A DNA stretch of 63,833 nt, counting the filler, from Perkinsus chesapeaki ATCC PRA-425 (lineage: Eukaryota; Protista; Perkinsozoa), in assembly GCA_013115145.1 (NCBI GenBank). It is 7 parts of 7 records of this genome, joined end to end, with 100 filler letters (N's around TTAATTAATTAA, not from the genome) between each part and the next. Parts side by side here need not be neighbours in the genome. Positions count along the whole stretch, not along the records: positions 22,667 to 31,584 come from JAAPAO010000955.1; positions 31,685 to 52,601 come from JAAPAO010000608.1; 5 more parts are not named here. One strand, given 5' to 3'. Positions 29,313-42,690 of this stretch are shown here, in pieces. The notes below the pieces were generated by a model. The model saw only the letters and a program-made list of their open reading frames with translations, was not told the DNA's origin and ran no database searches. A program made the position numbers and the translations under genes. Each line of letters starts with the position of its first letter. Within the stretch, counting starts at the first letter, position 1.

Positions 29313-30863
29313 ATGCTGTCTAAACGAGACTCCCTCTCCTGGACGGACGCATCTGGCAATGTCTACTATTACTACCAAAGGCCTATGATGAATGCCGTCA
29401 TCTTTATCCTTCTGCAGGAGCTTTGTGAGCGTCTGGCATTCTACGGAATCTCTCCAAATGCACAGACGTTTCTGAAGGAGTATCTCGGTTACACAGACGT
29501 TCAAGCTAACTCCTATATTGCCACTTTTCAGGCAATACTTTATGTAACGCCTTTATTTGCAGCTGTACTAGCCGACACTGTACTGGGCGTTTATACTACA
29601 ATTCTATCATTTTCACTACTTTATATGGCGGGACTTGTCCTCCTAGTTGTGTCATCTGTAAAAAGTATCAGTCAACCGTGGATGGTTCACTTATCTCTAC
29701 TTGTTCTCATCACAATTGGTGGTGGTGGAATTAAGAGTTGTGTGAATGTGATGGGTGCATATCAGTTCCATCCTGAATATCATAAGGATGGCATCACTAA
29801 GTACTATACCTACTTTTATGCTTCAATCAATGTGGGCTCCCTGATTGGAGGAATTGCAACACCTATAGCTCTGCAAGAGGCTAACTTCACCGTCGCGCTC
29901 ATCATCCCTCTGGTCGCTTTCTTTGTTGCAACATTGTCATTTGTTGTGGGAGGCTTACTTGGTCGATTTGTGAAGGCAAAGCCTCAGGGATCTGCTGTTC
30001 TCAAGATCTTACAAGTGATGATTTCATCTGTTAGGAAGTGTTCATTGGAAAAGAATAAGAAATCTCGTGGTGGGCAATATGATGATGGATTTATAGAAGA
30101 TGTGAAGGCTTTGCTACGATTGGTTCCGTTATTCTGTCTCATTATCCCATTTGTTATCGCTTATGTTAACCTGTCTACGGCTTACCTAACGCAGGCTCAA
30201 AAAATGAACAGAAGAACCTTCAACTTCGAGATACCTCCTGCACTTATGGTGAACGTCGATCCAATCGCGGTGGTAATCAACTCCCTCATCATCAGCTCCC
30301 TTCTCTATCCCATGCTGAAGAAGCGCGGCATAGTTCTTCCAGTTCTAGTGAGGTCTTTCATTGGAAGTAAGTTGGGCATCGTATCATTGGTTTGTGCTAC
30401 TATAGTGGAACTGCAAATCAAGTCGAACCCCCTCTTCACGGTATCGATATGGTGGCAAGTTCCCCAATTCTGGATTGTAGCTGCCGGTGAGATATTCCTT
30501 ATCTCTACTTCATATGAAATCGCCTTTACATTTTCCCCAAGTTCATTGAAGGCTGTGGCTTCTGCTGTCAACCTACTGTTCTTCGCCGTTGGTTACGCAC
30601 TAGCTGGAGTTATCTTCCAGCTATGCTCGCCGTGGTTACCAGACTTTGACCCCAGGAACCCGACTGTGAAGTCTCATAAGGGTGCTCACTATGAAAATTT
30701 TTACGCGGTTCTCATTGCTTTGTGCTTCATTGGCGCAATTGCCTGCCTGGCTTTGATCCCGTACTTCAAGCGAGTAACTAGAGATATTACACCGGAGAGA
30801 GTGGCATCCTGTCAAAGCGGCGAGCTCATGAAAGACGAAGACGAGAAGAAAGACTCTACATAA
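29313..30863 (+). CDS. POT/PTR oligopeptide transporter (MFS), intronless, 516 aa
   Basis: ELCERLAFYG, GGGGIKSCV, FYASINVGSL; paralog of the preceding gene. Confidence 0.95.
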   Translation: MLSKRDSLSWTDASGNVYYYYQRPMMNAVIFILLQELCERLAFYGISPNAQTFLKEYLGYTDVQANSYIATFQAILYVTPLFAAVLADTVLGVYTTILSFSLLYMAGLVLLVVSSVKSISQPWMVHLSLLVLITIGGGGIKSCVNVMGAYQFHPEYHKDGITKYYTYFYASINVGSLIGGIATPIALQEANFTVALIIPLVAFFVATLSFVVGGLLGRFVKAKPQGSAVLKILQVMISSVRKCSLEKNKKSRGGQYDDGFIEDVKALLRLVPLFCLIIPFVIAYVNLSTAYLTQAQKMNRRTFNFEIPPALMVNVDPIAVVINSLIISSLLYPMLKKRGIVLPVLVRSFIGSKLGIVSLVCATIVELQIKSNPLFTVSIWWQVPQFWIVAAGEIFLISTSYEIAFTFSPSSLKAVASAVNLLFFAVGYALAGVIFQLCSPWLPDFDPRNPTVKSHKGAHYENFYAVLIALCFIGAIACLALIPYFKRVTRDITPERVASCQSGELMKDEDEKKDST

Positions 30864-31487
30864 GTTAGTTGTAGACTTAGTACGACTTGGTGCACAGAAG
30901 TATGTATAAAGCCTAGCATGTGCATCACCTTCACGCTAGACTTATTTAGATGTTACTTCTCGACGACCTATCGAGGATGGATCGACACAACATTAGCCTT
31001 TTTATTGCAATATTTTCGGGACTAAGGTGATACCTGACAGTCAGACCGCCTATCGCCGGTCTTTGGTCGCTTTCATACATCCTAAAACCCAACCTCGGTA
31101 TTCTCGCTCCCTGCTGGACTTGAGTTTCCTTCGTTTAATGAGCGCCCAGAAACGTGATGTGGTCGCGTTGCACAAATTGCGCGCAGTCTGTCCCCGAGAG
31201 AGAATTAGGTTGTATTCACTTTGACCAAGGTAAAGCACTCGAGCCATTTATTGGGTTAACATACATCCGCTAGAGATATAGACACCGTGGTCAGTTTGAC
31301 GAGTCTGAATCTCCAGGGAATTCTTTGATAATCGAGGAGATTATACCATACCTATGCGCTGGAGGAAAGGAGACAACACGCATGTACACACAGCATAAGC
31401 TCACACACTTCACGCTAGCAGCGGGTAGATACTTATTACTAGCAGTTCATCCCTTTCAACCCATTTTCGTTTTATTCACCGACAGCA

Positions 31488-31584
31488 ATGGCCGTCGCCT
31501 CTTCTAATAATAATGATAAGCCATATACATGGACTGATGTATCCGGTAACGTCTACTATTACTACAAGCATCCTATGGCAAAGG
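31488..31584 (+). CDS. 5' end of a further POT/PTR paralog, truncated by a gap
   Basis: MAVASSNNNDKPYTWTDVSGNVYYYYKHPMAK matches LSWTDASGNVYYYYQRPM of the neighbouring copies. Confidence 0.85.
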
Positions 31585-31837
31585 NNNNNNNNNNNNNNNN
31601 NNNNNNNNNNNNNNNNNNNNNNNNNNNNTTAATTAATTAANNNNNNNNNNNNNNNNNNNNNNNNNNNNNNNNNNNNNNNNNNNNAGATATAATAGAAAGG
31701 AGTTTGATAGGAAATATGTTACTAGTGATACAGAGGAGGAGATATAATAGAAAGGAGCTTGATAGTTTTGATAGTTTTCGTATTAATAGTCCATTTCTCC
31801 TTCACATTCGTCTACGATCCCCTTGCCTAGATTCGAA

Positions 31838-32640
31838 CCCGTGCCTCTTACTTTTAATAATGCCTTGCATGCTGGTAATCCACCTGTTCTCTCAGTAACT
31901 GCCCACATCATCAGCCAATCCATACCAGCTATGTGGTTTGATAACACAATCGCTCTGTCCCTAAAAATATACCTCAATCCAGTAGTGTTGTAATTCATAT
32001 ATCAAAACACCCTATCCGCTCCAAACTAGGTTCGGGGTCTTCGAGCATCTCCGCGACTTTTGCGACTATTGAACAACTTTCGGAGGGATTCACTCCCGAG
32101 AACCAAATGTCGAAGCAATCTCTCGGATGCGGCAGCGGCAGGGCTGCCAAATCGAACCACAGCTAGATTTTAAGATGATGTCGAACAATTGAATTAGAAA
32201 ACCCACCTTGCAAGCTTTGCCCATGCAGTAGGATCTCCATGCATTATCAACTTAGTGCTCATTTCCCCCCATGCCACCAAAGGGGCCCATGTTAAATAAC
32301 AAATATACCTAACAAGTTAAGAGTGGGAAAGCAAGCTTGCATCTTGGCTAAACGAACAAGTTACAAAGCCCTTGAATCAAGCTAAGATACGAATCAGGAG
32401 GACTTAAACCCAGCGCATAAAATGCCACCCGAACAGTATCCGCATCGAACCGCTTTAACGAGCTCTGAGGTGAAGATTCCAACGCCATTGTTCTCACCAG
32501 TTGAGCCGTCTGAAGGCATCCCTACTGAAGGGTGCCACCAATCCATAAGCCATAAGTTGAATAATATTCATAATAACACCATGAACCATCAATGATAGCA
32601 TACCAGTTGAACCATCCAATGTTGATAGTATAGTACCCAT
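31838..32640 (-). CDS. 1-acylglycerol-3-phosphate/lysophospholipid acyltransferase (AGPAT3/4 or LCLAT type), 5' exons; 3' part in gap
   Basis: N-terminal TM segment followed by RDAFRRLN; acyltransferase block I NHxxxxD (AIVLSNHIAGMDWLMMW) and CKALLK. Confidence 0.75.
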
Positions 32641-35600
32641 TGTTAGGCGGAAAATGAAAAATACAGTATGACACGGAGTAGGGTACACTTCACAATTTGC
32701 AATAATTTGGAGAGCAGTCTCAACTCGAGATCGAGTAGAGTTCGACGCGAAGCTTTCGCGGCGAAAGTGAAGTGGGTTTAGGACTTCCTTTGTGGGAAGA
32801 AGCTATATAATATATAAGAGAGATATACAGTATTAAAATAGAGGTAATTCGGTGAAGTAAGCCAGCATTATCCAAACTCGATTATCAATACAATATAAAT
32901 ACCGTATGAAATATGAAATTGTAAATTAATTACTCTGACTATATATTATTTATATTACTAGTCAACAGGTAGTAAAGATGTGTTAAAAGAAACGTTCACA
33001 TATATTAAAAAGTATGGTATGCTATAAGTCAATCAAACATGCATTATTATTTGATACAGCAGAAGATGCCGCCGCTCGGGATCGAACCTACGACCATTCG
33101 ATATAGAAACTCTCAACCTTCCATCTTACTGTATCAAACTCTGACCTTTCCTCGCTGGAATGAAGGAGCTCATCGAACTAAAAATAGGAAGTATAACGCT
33201 AATCCTATTGAGACTTTATTCGACAACCCGCTTTGTTGAATGTATACTTGCCATACTATACTATTTGCGTACTTCTCTTATTACTTTTGATCTAGGATTA
33301 AAAGTTGGATAATTAGTAGGAACTAGTAACAACTAAGATACCTCCCCATGCAGTGACTATTTCCATTATAAGGAGAATGCAAAATGATCTCCGACGACAG
33401 CATTTAACTCATCTATGTCATAGATTCTATGAGGCTTTGCCAATTTTCCAACCACCACAGTTGTAAAAGAAACAAAGGATATGATTTCTTGCATTTAATC
33501 ACAAAGTAATAACCCAAAACCCGAAGGAATAACGATAATGTGGTACCCAGATGAACGTGAGCGAGGACCCTTACACATGTCACTTGCTCTTCTTGCACAT
33601 CTTGCATTTTCTCAACGCTGAGTAAATCTGCTGATGGGTCACCACACTGTTCGTCACCGATTTCCGTACCGATAGAATTAAAACTATTGAAGACCTGCAT
33701 TAAGTGTGACCAATGAGAATGGATATTATTCATCCAGACTCTGATATATCTCATTTGTATATCCCCAATTCTATAATAAGAGGCTGAGGTTTATAAGACA
33801 TCTTGCATCGGCTCTGGTTTACTAGTACACCTCACGCGGCCAACCGTACAGATTAGTGTTCTTCGAGGATCAAAAGTGTTCCAAGCGCCGAAGTGCAACT
33901 TAATGCCCGACAATTATGTTAAGAGGAAAGATCACATTGTACTGCAACCATTTCATGTTTCCCTGTGACTTCCTGTTAAATAGGGCACTGACTGGATGAT
34001 GGTCACAGGTTCGAATCCCAGAGGGTCAATTTCGACACCCCAAAAACTGACATGTAAATGACCCAACTTGCTTACTTCTCGAAATGGTCCTCTTGTTAAC
34101 CTTTTATAATTCTTATTAAACCACATATCGTCATACTCTCTATGAAAATACCTCAACCATGAGACAAAGACATCCTAAGAAGTATAAGCATGAGTGATGA
34201 TGAAATAAATATTATTGTGGAATATGAGCTATTAATACTCAACACTGTTGAACTTGACTAAACTTCATACAATGGTTACCCGACAAATTCTTAGAAGCTC
34301 AAGATTAGTTTAACATATTCGATGACATCTCAAGGCCATTGCGGATTTTGAGATCAGTTTGGATACATGAATTTAGTTCCAACTGAAAGGTCAAAAGGGA
34401 AAAGGTTTGGTTTGAGAGCCACCAGGGAGTATCATTCAGGCCCGACAGGAACAATGAATCCTTTGTTCATTTTAAAGTACGTCTCATCTTAAATCGAAAT
34501 TTAAATTGTATTTCCGCCACATTAGGAACATATTTCTGTGAGGTCACATTAGGTTGTCGGTCAGGAAACGACACGACAGTGATAGAGCAAGAACGACGGG
34601 GAAAGTGGGAGTTATTTTACCTCACTCGAGCAATCCAGAGTGGGCTCCTTTTTCTTCAATTTACGAATGTATCTGCCAGGGAACGAACTTGTGCGGGTTA
34701 ACAGACGGATATACACAACGACTTGCACAACCTATTCGACTAATAACATTAGCAATGATAATTCATACGAGCCCATATCAAGGAAACCCCCAATTCCTCA
34801 CAGTCTTTGTATGCGTTTCAGTAGTTGAAACGAAAGCGAGTAAGCAGCAAGATGAGGATTCATCCTAGCCTCAGGTTCTGAGGGTCAATGCAGCTTCAGG
34901 TGGGCACCAAAAAACCGAACTACGCTCTAGTAAAAGCAAGAAAATTATATTTTTTCTCGATAATTTCCGGAGAAATTGCTTTACCAAGATTTTTTTCACG
35001 ACCTCAATTGAAGAAAGCGTAATAGTTGTTGTTGTTACCTTTGTAGATTTTCTTCGATTACCATTCGCCCTCGAGCCCTCCCTTCCAGTCGTAGCAACGC
35101 ATCCCTGTCAACTGAAGGATAATAAATGGAACAAATTAGTGTTTTTATACAAAATAAACGCTTCACTGGATTATCACAGATTCAAGGGAGTCCAACCCCC
35201 ACTCCGCACATATGAGTGAAGGAGTTATGTAAGGATTCATATTATATATTAACCAAGTTATACACGGAAACTGCAATGACTTATACTCTCAATTGAATGT
35301 TGAGAAGAGATAACTTGACGAATCTTAACTTGAAGAATGCATCTTGTAAAGCGAATATCTTCAAAATCCCTACTATCACCTAATCACGAAAACTGGTAAA
35401 ATCTGCCAATGCTTTCATCTTAAACCACTATGCCACACTCCGATATTCAGCGATCAGTTGTTGACTATAGAAATTCAGACATGGAGGAGGAGGAAGAATG
35501 GAAAGAACAAGATGGTAAATCTTTGATTTTGGACCGTCTTAACATCTTACTAGAGAAGTAAGCTATATGGCGAAATGGACTCTGGATTGCAGATGCGCAG

Positions 35601-38585
35601 GTAGGCGGTAAACTACTATGGTGGTGCTATCCAGTACCGATAAACTGGTAAACGTGACTCGCGAAGTAGGTATTATTATTCAATGGAAGAAAACATATCC
35701 TTTAACCATCGATCCCTATCCCCATTACCACCATGCTCCTTTTTGTCTTGCTTAATTGCATTATTACCAACATAACAACTGCTAGGTATCTTAGGTTGAT
35801 GCGAGCCTCTCGCAAGCTGCCGATGAGTATCCGGTGAATCTTACAAAGTGGCACAATACAGGGATGCTTTCCATAGTCAAGAAGACGCCAAAAAATCATC
35901 GATAACCTTGGAATAACGACTAGAAGGAATTTCGCAATTTTGCGGGTTTTGCCAGTCCGAGGTATTTCATAGGACGCTTACATTCATTTATTCGAGTTAG
36001 TTGGTTAATATTTTATTGCACTGAAATTGCCATTATATTCTACATCGATGAGTCAAACTTCCATGCCTAGTGAGATGCACCAGGTGAGTTGCTTACTGAG
36101 ATCAATCCGAGCAGGCAAGGCACTGGGCTGATATAACTGTTGGGGCCTTCTAGAGTCCATTATCAATCAAAGTTAGATGAGAAATGACAAACACGGTATG
36201 AAAACAGTTCTTATCATTTGTAATTCAGCGCACTTGAGTTGCAAAATGAGGTCTCAATATAAATCAGATGTATCAATATTATATTCAACCAGACCCAGAG
36301 GAACATATTTCCTCGAGGTTCTATTAAGCAAATCAATTGATTCTTTCTCGTGAATCCATACGCCCATACCGTTAATGTTGTATATAACAAAATAAATGAT
36401 CCTCGGCTATAATATATGTGAAAAAATTCGAACCCTATCAGCCGCCTGACAGCATCGAATATCGATATTATAGGTCCTTAAGCCGAGCAGCATAGATGTT
36501 TTACAGAGTAACATAACACACTTATAATTCTTTTTACCACCTACCCTTGAAGCACCGGAGCTAAATTACACAATAACTGTCCCACTCAACCGCCAACGTT
36601 TTCGTAATTAGAACTTTAGCTCAGATCAACACACAACGGTGAAAGCGTCGAGTTGTGCTCCATAAAAGACGACTCGTTCAACATCGTACTCAGTGACTTT
36701 TCCGGGAGGATTTAAGACTTTCTATTCCTAGAGGAACTCACCTTTGCCAGAAAAATACGCGAAGAAAATCCCTGGGCAATACTGGTGAACGGTGAAGGGC
36801 TGCTATATAAAGCAACCCACATAGATTACGAGGCTAATCGTAATCCATGACATCGGTGAACTTTGTGCAAGGCCCTTTCTGCAAGGCTCTCAAGGTCTCC
36901 CGCTCCTCGAAGCCTTTAATGAATCGAGTTACTCCCGCTCATTACTCCGTTATAGTATATTGATAATATCAGCTTTATGATATTATTAACTTTTGCTATT
37001 TTTCCAGTTAAGTATAATTCATTCACAGTCGATCAGTGACAAGTTGTTACAACTGACTCTCTTGTTTAACTGATGCGAGTAAACAATACTTCTAGAGAGT
37101 AGTGCAACTATGGTGCTACTGGGATGATGAGATTAAGATACAATTGAGTTATTAAAGGAATTTCACGGTGGTACGAGGTCAACTTCGCTCGCTCCCTAAC
37201 CGTCTCGTAATTCACATCCCACTGAAACTATGTATTACTATATGATACAAATATGCCACCCCTCCGAATCTCAGAGCAATACCCTCAAAACTGGTTGAGA
37301 AATAAAAAAGCTTCACTGATCGCCTAAGCCGAAACATGACCGTTCCTATCAGCGAGCGACTTTTCATTTAAGCTTGCACAATGACCTCAATAAGTTGGAG
37401 AATAACGAATAACACGCAACAGTTCATGCAGTCATCATCCGAGCCTCTTCGCGAATGTCCTCCTGAAACCTCCTTATAAACGTTGAAATGCTTTCAATTA
37501 TAGAATCTTGCGAGGCTCCTCTTAAAGCCTCTTCACTATTGATAGCATTATGCAAGGAGTTGACCAAATCCTATTAAAAGATATTTCCAACCTCACTTCA
37601 GTTTCACCCTACATGCGTCCATCTTTGCACCTTAAGTTGTCTTTTCGTTATCTCCTCGTGATTCACCGACATGTCTTTTTCGACTCGAGTGCAAAGCACA
37701 TCTCGCTTGAATTTTTCTTCGTCAAGCTGTTTGTTTATATCTTCAATTGAGTCCGACAGCTTCTTCTCGAGAACCTTCCAGTCGATGGAAAAATAAAGGA
37801 ACTTTCACGGCTTCAATGAGACTTCTGTACAAAACAGAAAGAGCGTGAATCCCTTCATGCCTATTCCAGCAATCCGATGAAAGAAACAAGCGAATTGATT
37901 GAGTTAAGGTCGGTGAAATAAGGTTAAAGTAATTCAATTAATTAAAGTTCAAGTTGCTATATTGAGGTTGTTAGTTGCAGCTTGCTTCAGAGTGTCGTTC
38001 CAACTAACCAGCCTCACTCGGAAAAAAAATCCCAACGAAAGTTCATAAAGTATCTTCGTGTCATGCTGTTTGCCTACATTAGCCCATGAGTTGACTACCT
38101 CGTGGTTCTGCTTCCTGATGACAGTCTCTGTGCTGAGAGGAGCAGAAATTTCGTCAACCTGCGATGCAAAAAAATATTATTAAAATGACAGGGCCAGGGA
38201 TAGAACCTGCGTAAGTCGAAAATCGATGCCCTGTTACCCAAAAGTCCAAGGTTCACTAGGCGAGAAAGTAGGATGTGAAATGAGCTCCAATACAAGTAGT
38301 TCGTGCCGATTCTGTCTTTAGCATAAGTCACATAATTATCAAGGTTACGCCAAATCAGCAAGTCCTTTGGCCCCACGACAACAGCCCCGAAATGTTTGCA
38401 ATTCAGAAAAGTTGGAGATGTTCCCAAGCCGAGCAGATCACATGCTTTGAAATAATCTCACTTGGTGTTGTAACATTCCCAACACCTCTTCAGTGTTCTT
38501 CTTTCTTTCTTCGATCTCATCAACTAATGCCTTCTCAACCTCAGCACATCTTACCTATTTCACCGGTGATACATACGGAACTATA

Positions 38586-38660
38586 GAGGGAATGATATAT
38601 AATTATTATAGAGGAAATGATATATAATTATTATATAGGAAATGATACATGATTATTATG
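38586..38660. repeat. 25-bp AT-rich tandem repeat, 3 units
   Basis: gagg(g/a)aatgatatataattattata repeated. Confidence 0.8.
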
Positions 38661-39632
38661 AAAGGAATCGTGCATAATTCCTTGATAGATATACCTCAAG
38701 TGCCTCTATACGATCCATGGCCGTAGAGTGTTTCGTTTCCAAAAGAGCGAGCATATCTTTTCTGAGTTGTTCAAGTTCATACTGAGTCTTCGCTTCATAC
38801 GACTCTATCGTACTCTTCAATCGTGCTGCTTCGGCAATTACGTCATTTCTGAGCGGAATCACACAGGACGCAGTTCAATGAAGGCAATCGGTGAAATCTA
38901 TTGACAATTGTTGAGTGGAACCATTAACGTGAATAAGGATTATTGTATCAGTGTAGTATCCAATCTCGAATGACGGATGCCCGCTTCTGAAATCTCAAAC
39001 AAAGCCTTGAGGATGTCTTACTTAGTGTCTTCAATACACGAAAGAACATTTGAATGCTTCTGACGCAGCACAGCCCTTTCTTCCTCTCGAGCAGCATTAG
39101 CATCAGCAAATACAGACGCCATACTTGTAACCTACAAAATATCTTTATAGCTTAACCTCAAGATACGCACTTTCGCAGCTAAATCTTCCAACATGTCCAC
39201 CTTCTTATGCCCTGATTCTGTGGCGCCGTCATTCGCTGTCATAGTTGAGTACTTCTTGCGAGTTCGAAGATCAAAATGTGGCAAAGCGATGGCCAACAAA
39301 TTCAGAGCGGTCTCTTTATGAAATTCTGTGATCTCAATGACAGAAGTAAAATCCAAAAAATGTTGAAATTAAATAAAGTTATTGATCGAAGAAAAAATGT
39401 CAAGATGCTGATTACAGAAGAAATCCCTTCGTTGGAATATTGGGTGACTCTGTGAATGAACTAGTGTGATAAAAGAAGCACTCCTTCATCATAGCTTTCC
39501 TGTCTATCAGGAACATGACTTCAATTCCTGTAATAAACTCAGCACATTGATAGTAAATAAAGTCAACTAATTAAAATAATATTCTACCAAAAAATGCATC
39601 ATTTATGTACCGAAATAAGAATAATAATCAAC

Positions 39633-40949
39633 CTACATAACCACACATTCATTTCTTCGCACATCACTGTCATCAGATTCTGGGCTTCGGGACGACGCAT
39701 CACTATCGTAACCATAACGGAAGTGGAACTTCCTCTCTTTCATGCCCACGGTAGCAGCATCATCAGCAGCAGCACACTTCATCTCATGTCTATTCAGGAA
39801 GCCTTGTTTCTTGTATTTTTTACCACAATTCTTACAATAGAAACCATCCACAGCAGTAATAGTAGCGGACATAGCAAAAGTAATCCCTTTACCGTATCTA
39901 CTTGGGAACAACATAATCGCCTTAACCTCGCCTCCTTTAATACTAACGGACATCGCGGAGATATGGGAAGTTCGATAGTTGTAATCGAAACGACTTATGA
40001 AACAACCGGTCTCGAAATCCAATATTCCGATTCCAGCGCCGAAACGATGGCCTCCGTGACCTTTACCTTGTTGGGATATCAGAGCGACGATTGCTTTATT
40101 ATTCGACCGCGGGCAGAACTTGACAACTTCCGGACTCAGGTGCTTCAGTTTCTTCTCCATCATAATCCCATGAGGATGATCCCTATCGTCACTTCCACGC
40201 CAAAGCGCCACTTTATTGAGGAGACCATCAGCTGGCGTGAAGAGCAGCTCTAGTTTAGGGAACGCATACTTTCCTTCAGGCCAATGTTCACCAGCAAACC
40301 TCGCATCAAGGTTTTCAATCGAGCATGCTACATCAGCTACCTCCCACCATTCCATGGTATCTAACCTTAAACCATACACACAGGAACGAGTCGGTTGCCA
40401 AGCCACCAGCACACCACCGATATCGATAATACGGTCTGGCACGAGGAATTCATCTAATTCGATTTCCTCTGGCTCATAATCTCCTGGACCGTCGATTGGC
40501 ACACGATAGATAGAACGATCATCGGCATCTTCTTGAAAATAAACCATGTCCCCAGCGACACAAAAGAGATCCGGAGCTCTCTCGTGATTAGCAATGACCT
40601 GCGGCGCAGCACTCAAATCATTTGTATTAAATAGCAGTGTTCGGCCAGGCCTCGGGAACACCGCTTCATCAGATCTATCCAGAGCAATGATTCTTCCGGG
40701 TCTGATCTCCTCGGCGTAAACAATACGATTTTCGGTGGATATCTTAACGCAATCGTTAAGGGTGATGGTATTGGGTTCCTCTCTGATAGGAGGAACATAT
40801 TTCCACACCATAGAAGCAACGTCAGCAAGTCGGCGATTCTGCATCATATTGACCACATATTGTATTCTAATAATATCATCAGAACGACACAACTCTCTAG
40901 TGGTCGGCTGATTCAACAGCTCTTCTATACGACTGGGATCCAATGACAT
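39633..40949 (-). CDS. Intronless 438-aa protein with a probable beta-propeller-like core and a C-terminal C2HC zinc finger
   Basis: Open ORF; beta-strand-rich repeats (FCVAGDMVYF, IIDIGGVLVAW, GIGILDFETG); FYCKNCGKKYKKQGFLNRHEMKC. Confidence 0.65.
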   Translation of the reverse strand: MSLDPSRIEELLNQPTTRELCRSDDIIRIQYVVNMMQNRRLADVASMVWKYVPPIREEPNTITLNDCVKISTENRIVYAEEIRPGRIIALDRSDEAVFPRPGRTLLFNTNDLSAAPQVIANHERAPDLFCVAGDMVYFQEDADDRSIYRVPIDGPGDYEPEEIELDEFLVPDRIIDIGGVLVAWQPTRSCVYGLRLDTMEWWEVADVACSIENLDARFAGEHWPEGKYAFPKLELLFTPADGLLNKVALWRGSDDRDHPHGIMMEKKLKHLSPEVVKFCPRSNNKAIVALISQQGKGHGGHRFGAGIGILDFETGCFISRFDYNYRTSHISAMSVSIKGGEVKAIMLFPSRYGKGITFAMSATITAVDGFYCKNCGKKYKKQGFLNRHEMKCAAADDAATVGMKERKFHFRYGYDSDASSRSPESDDSDVRRNECVVM

Positions 40950-42479
40950 TTGGTAAGCTTGTCTTAAGACTATAATGGATAAGGTATGCTAGTTAACACA
41001 ACGCTGTGGGATGATACTTCTGAGAGTAAAGTAGCAATAAAAAGATGAAGAACACACTATAACACATTTGAAGGCATAATAAGGCATAGTAATAATAAAT
41101 GAAGATAAATCATAGTAATTAATGATAACTGATAATACATGATAATGAATAGTAAAATTAAATTGTAATAAATGATAAATGATGATAATTATTAATAATT
41201 ATAATTAATAATACGAGTTAACATGCAGACGCGAGTCACCCTTACCCTTGCTTGAGAACTCCCTTGCAAACACAACATTTATAACAGCAACGACCATCAC
41301 AGATCATTCCCTGGCAAGTGGGGAGAAGGACATGCCATCAACGGTATTGGAGATCGTTTGACCGAAAGACGTCACATTGAGGACCTTCTTAGGGAACCGA
41401 TACAGACTCTCAGAGCCTCGAATCTGAGAAGTAATCTGTGCAAGATTCTAAATAGGTTGACTAATGCTCACAAGCGAGGTATCTCCATATTTTGATACTT
41501 GTGCAATTTGCTGAGACATCGACTCGCATGTTCTGAAATGATTGAAATATATATAACAACCGAATAATGCATTCCCCTAAAGAGACGGCATTTAGAGCAA
41601 GATTAGCTGATATAAATGTTAACGATATTATATTAAGTAGATCTCAAACCATGTTTGTCATTCACTGATAACATCAAGAGAACCCGGAAAACGTGAAGGG
41701 ACTATGCGCTTGTATATATGAGTATGGTATAGGTGACGAATTCTGTCCAGTCACTCTCTCCCGGACAAGTGTGCCGGATGAAGAAAATGGCACTCGCGGA
41801 GTTGCTTAGGATACGGGTAAGGTTGAATGTCAAATTGATGACACGCTTCAATGGGCAAGGTCCTCTGAAACATGTCTCGGCATTGCTCTTCACTGAAGAG
41901 CAGGAATCAGGAATTACAATTATCTCAAGGGTGAGCAAATCTCTCCTTGTCAATCGGGAAGCTGCTGCTCACCTAGCGTAAAAATCATTTAATTTCCAAA
42001 TAGGCTTCCTCCCTCTCTCATCCGTCTCAGTTGGATCAGCACCGTAATCTATTAATAATTGTAGTAGTTCACCGTAACCCATGGATGCACATACGTGCGC
42101 TGGCCTAACCGCAAGGAGGGGAGGATTTCCAATCACTTGTTAAAATCTGATTACTATTGAGGTCTGCGTGTAGAGGATAATAGTACAATCCCCTTTACAG
42201 AGTCATACGACCTCTACATTATTAAGCATCCAATACTAACATAGACGAGAGTTAGAGCTTAATTTCCTAAGAGCAATTCCTTCCTGATCTAAACTGTGAT
42301 ATTATGTACTATAGTAGAAATCTACTTATACACTGCAAATTCCAATTGTTATTTTTGAAAATAGAAAACCATCGAAGACGTCTACGTTGAAACGTACTCA
42401 ACAAGGAAAGGTTGATTTCCATTGGAAGGTTTCAAATATAACGAAGCCAACAACAGCCTGTCGAGAGGTACCAGAAACT

Positions 42480-42690
42480 CACCTTGCCGAAATTGGCTTG
42501 ATAAATGGACATGATGGATGCGCCATATTATTGTCCAATAGATATTGAACAACAGCAATCCTATTGAAGTGGCATGCTCTTAATAAGGTAACATGCGTGC
42601 ATCTTAATAATGTTGCCTCCAATCCAAAGCGTTTGCAGGTTGCCCCGAAGGACTCTAGTGTCTGAAAGCCATGGCGAATTCCCATAGCTT
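42480..42690 (-). CDS. Ankyrin-repeat exon, probably part of a larger multi-exon gene
   Basis: TLLRACHFNRIAVVQYLLDN ankyrin-like consensus. Confidence 0.5.

Noticed and set aside
33400-39360. Scattered minus-strand exon-like and coiled-coil fragments in the AT-rich region
   Set aside because: I could not assemble a gene model or recognise a family motif, so they are left unannotated.
39594-40253. 219-aa plus-strand ORF, and similar ORFs antisense to the S41 and POT genes
   Set aside because: These are antisense shadows of longer, better-supported ORFs.
41080-41220. Very AT-rich tract as a mitochondrial insertion
   Set aside because: It is low-complexity (AAT/GAT)-rich sequence with no recognisable cox or cob motif.
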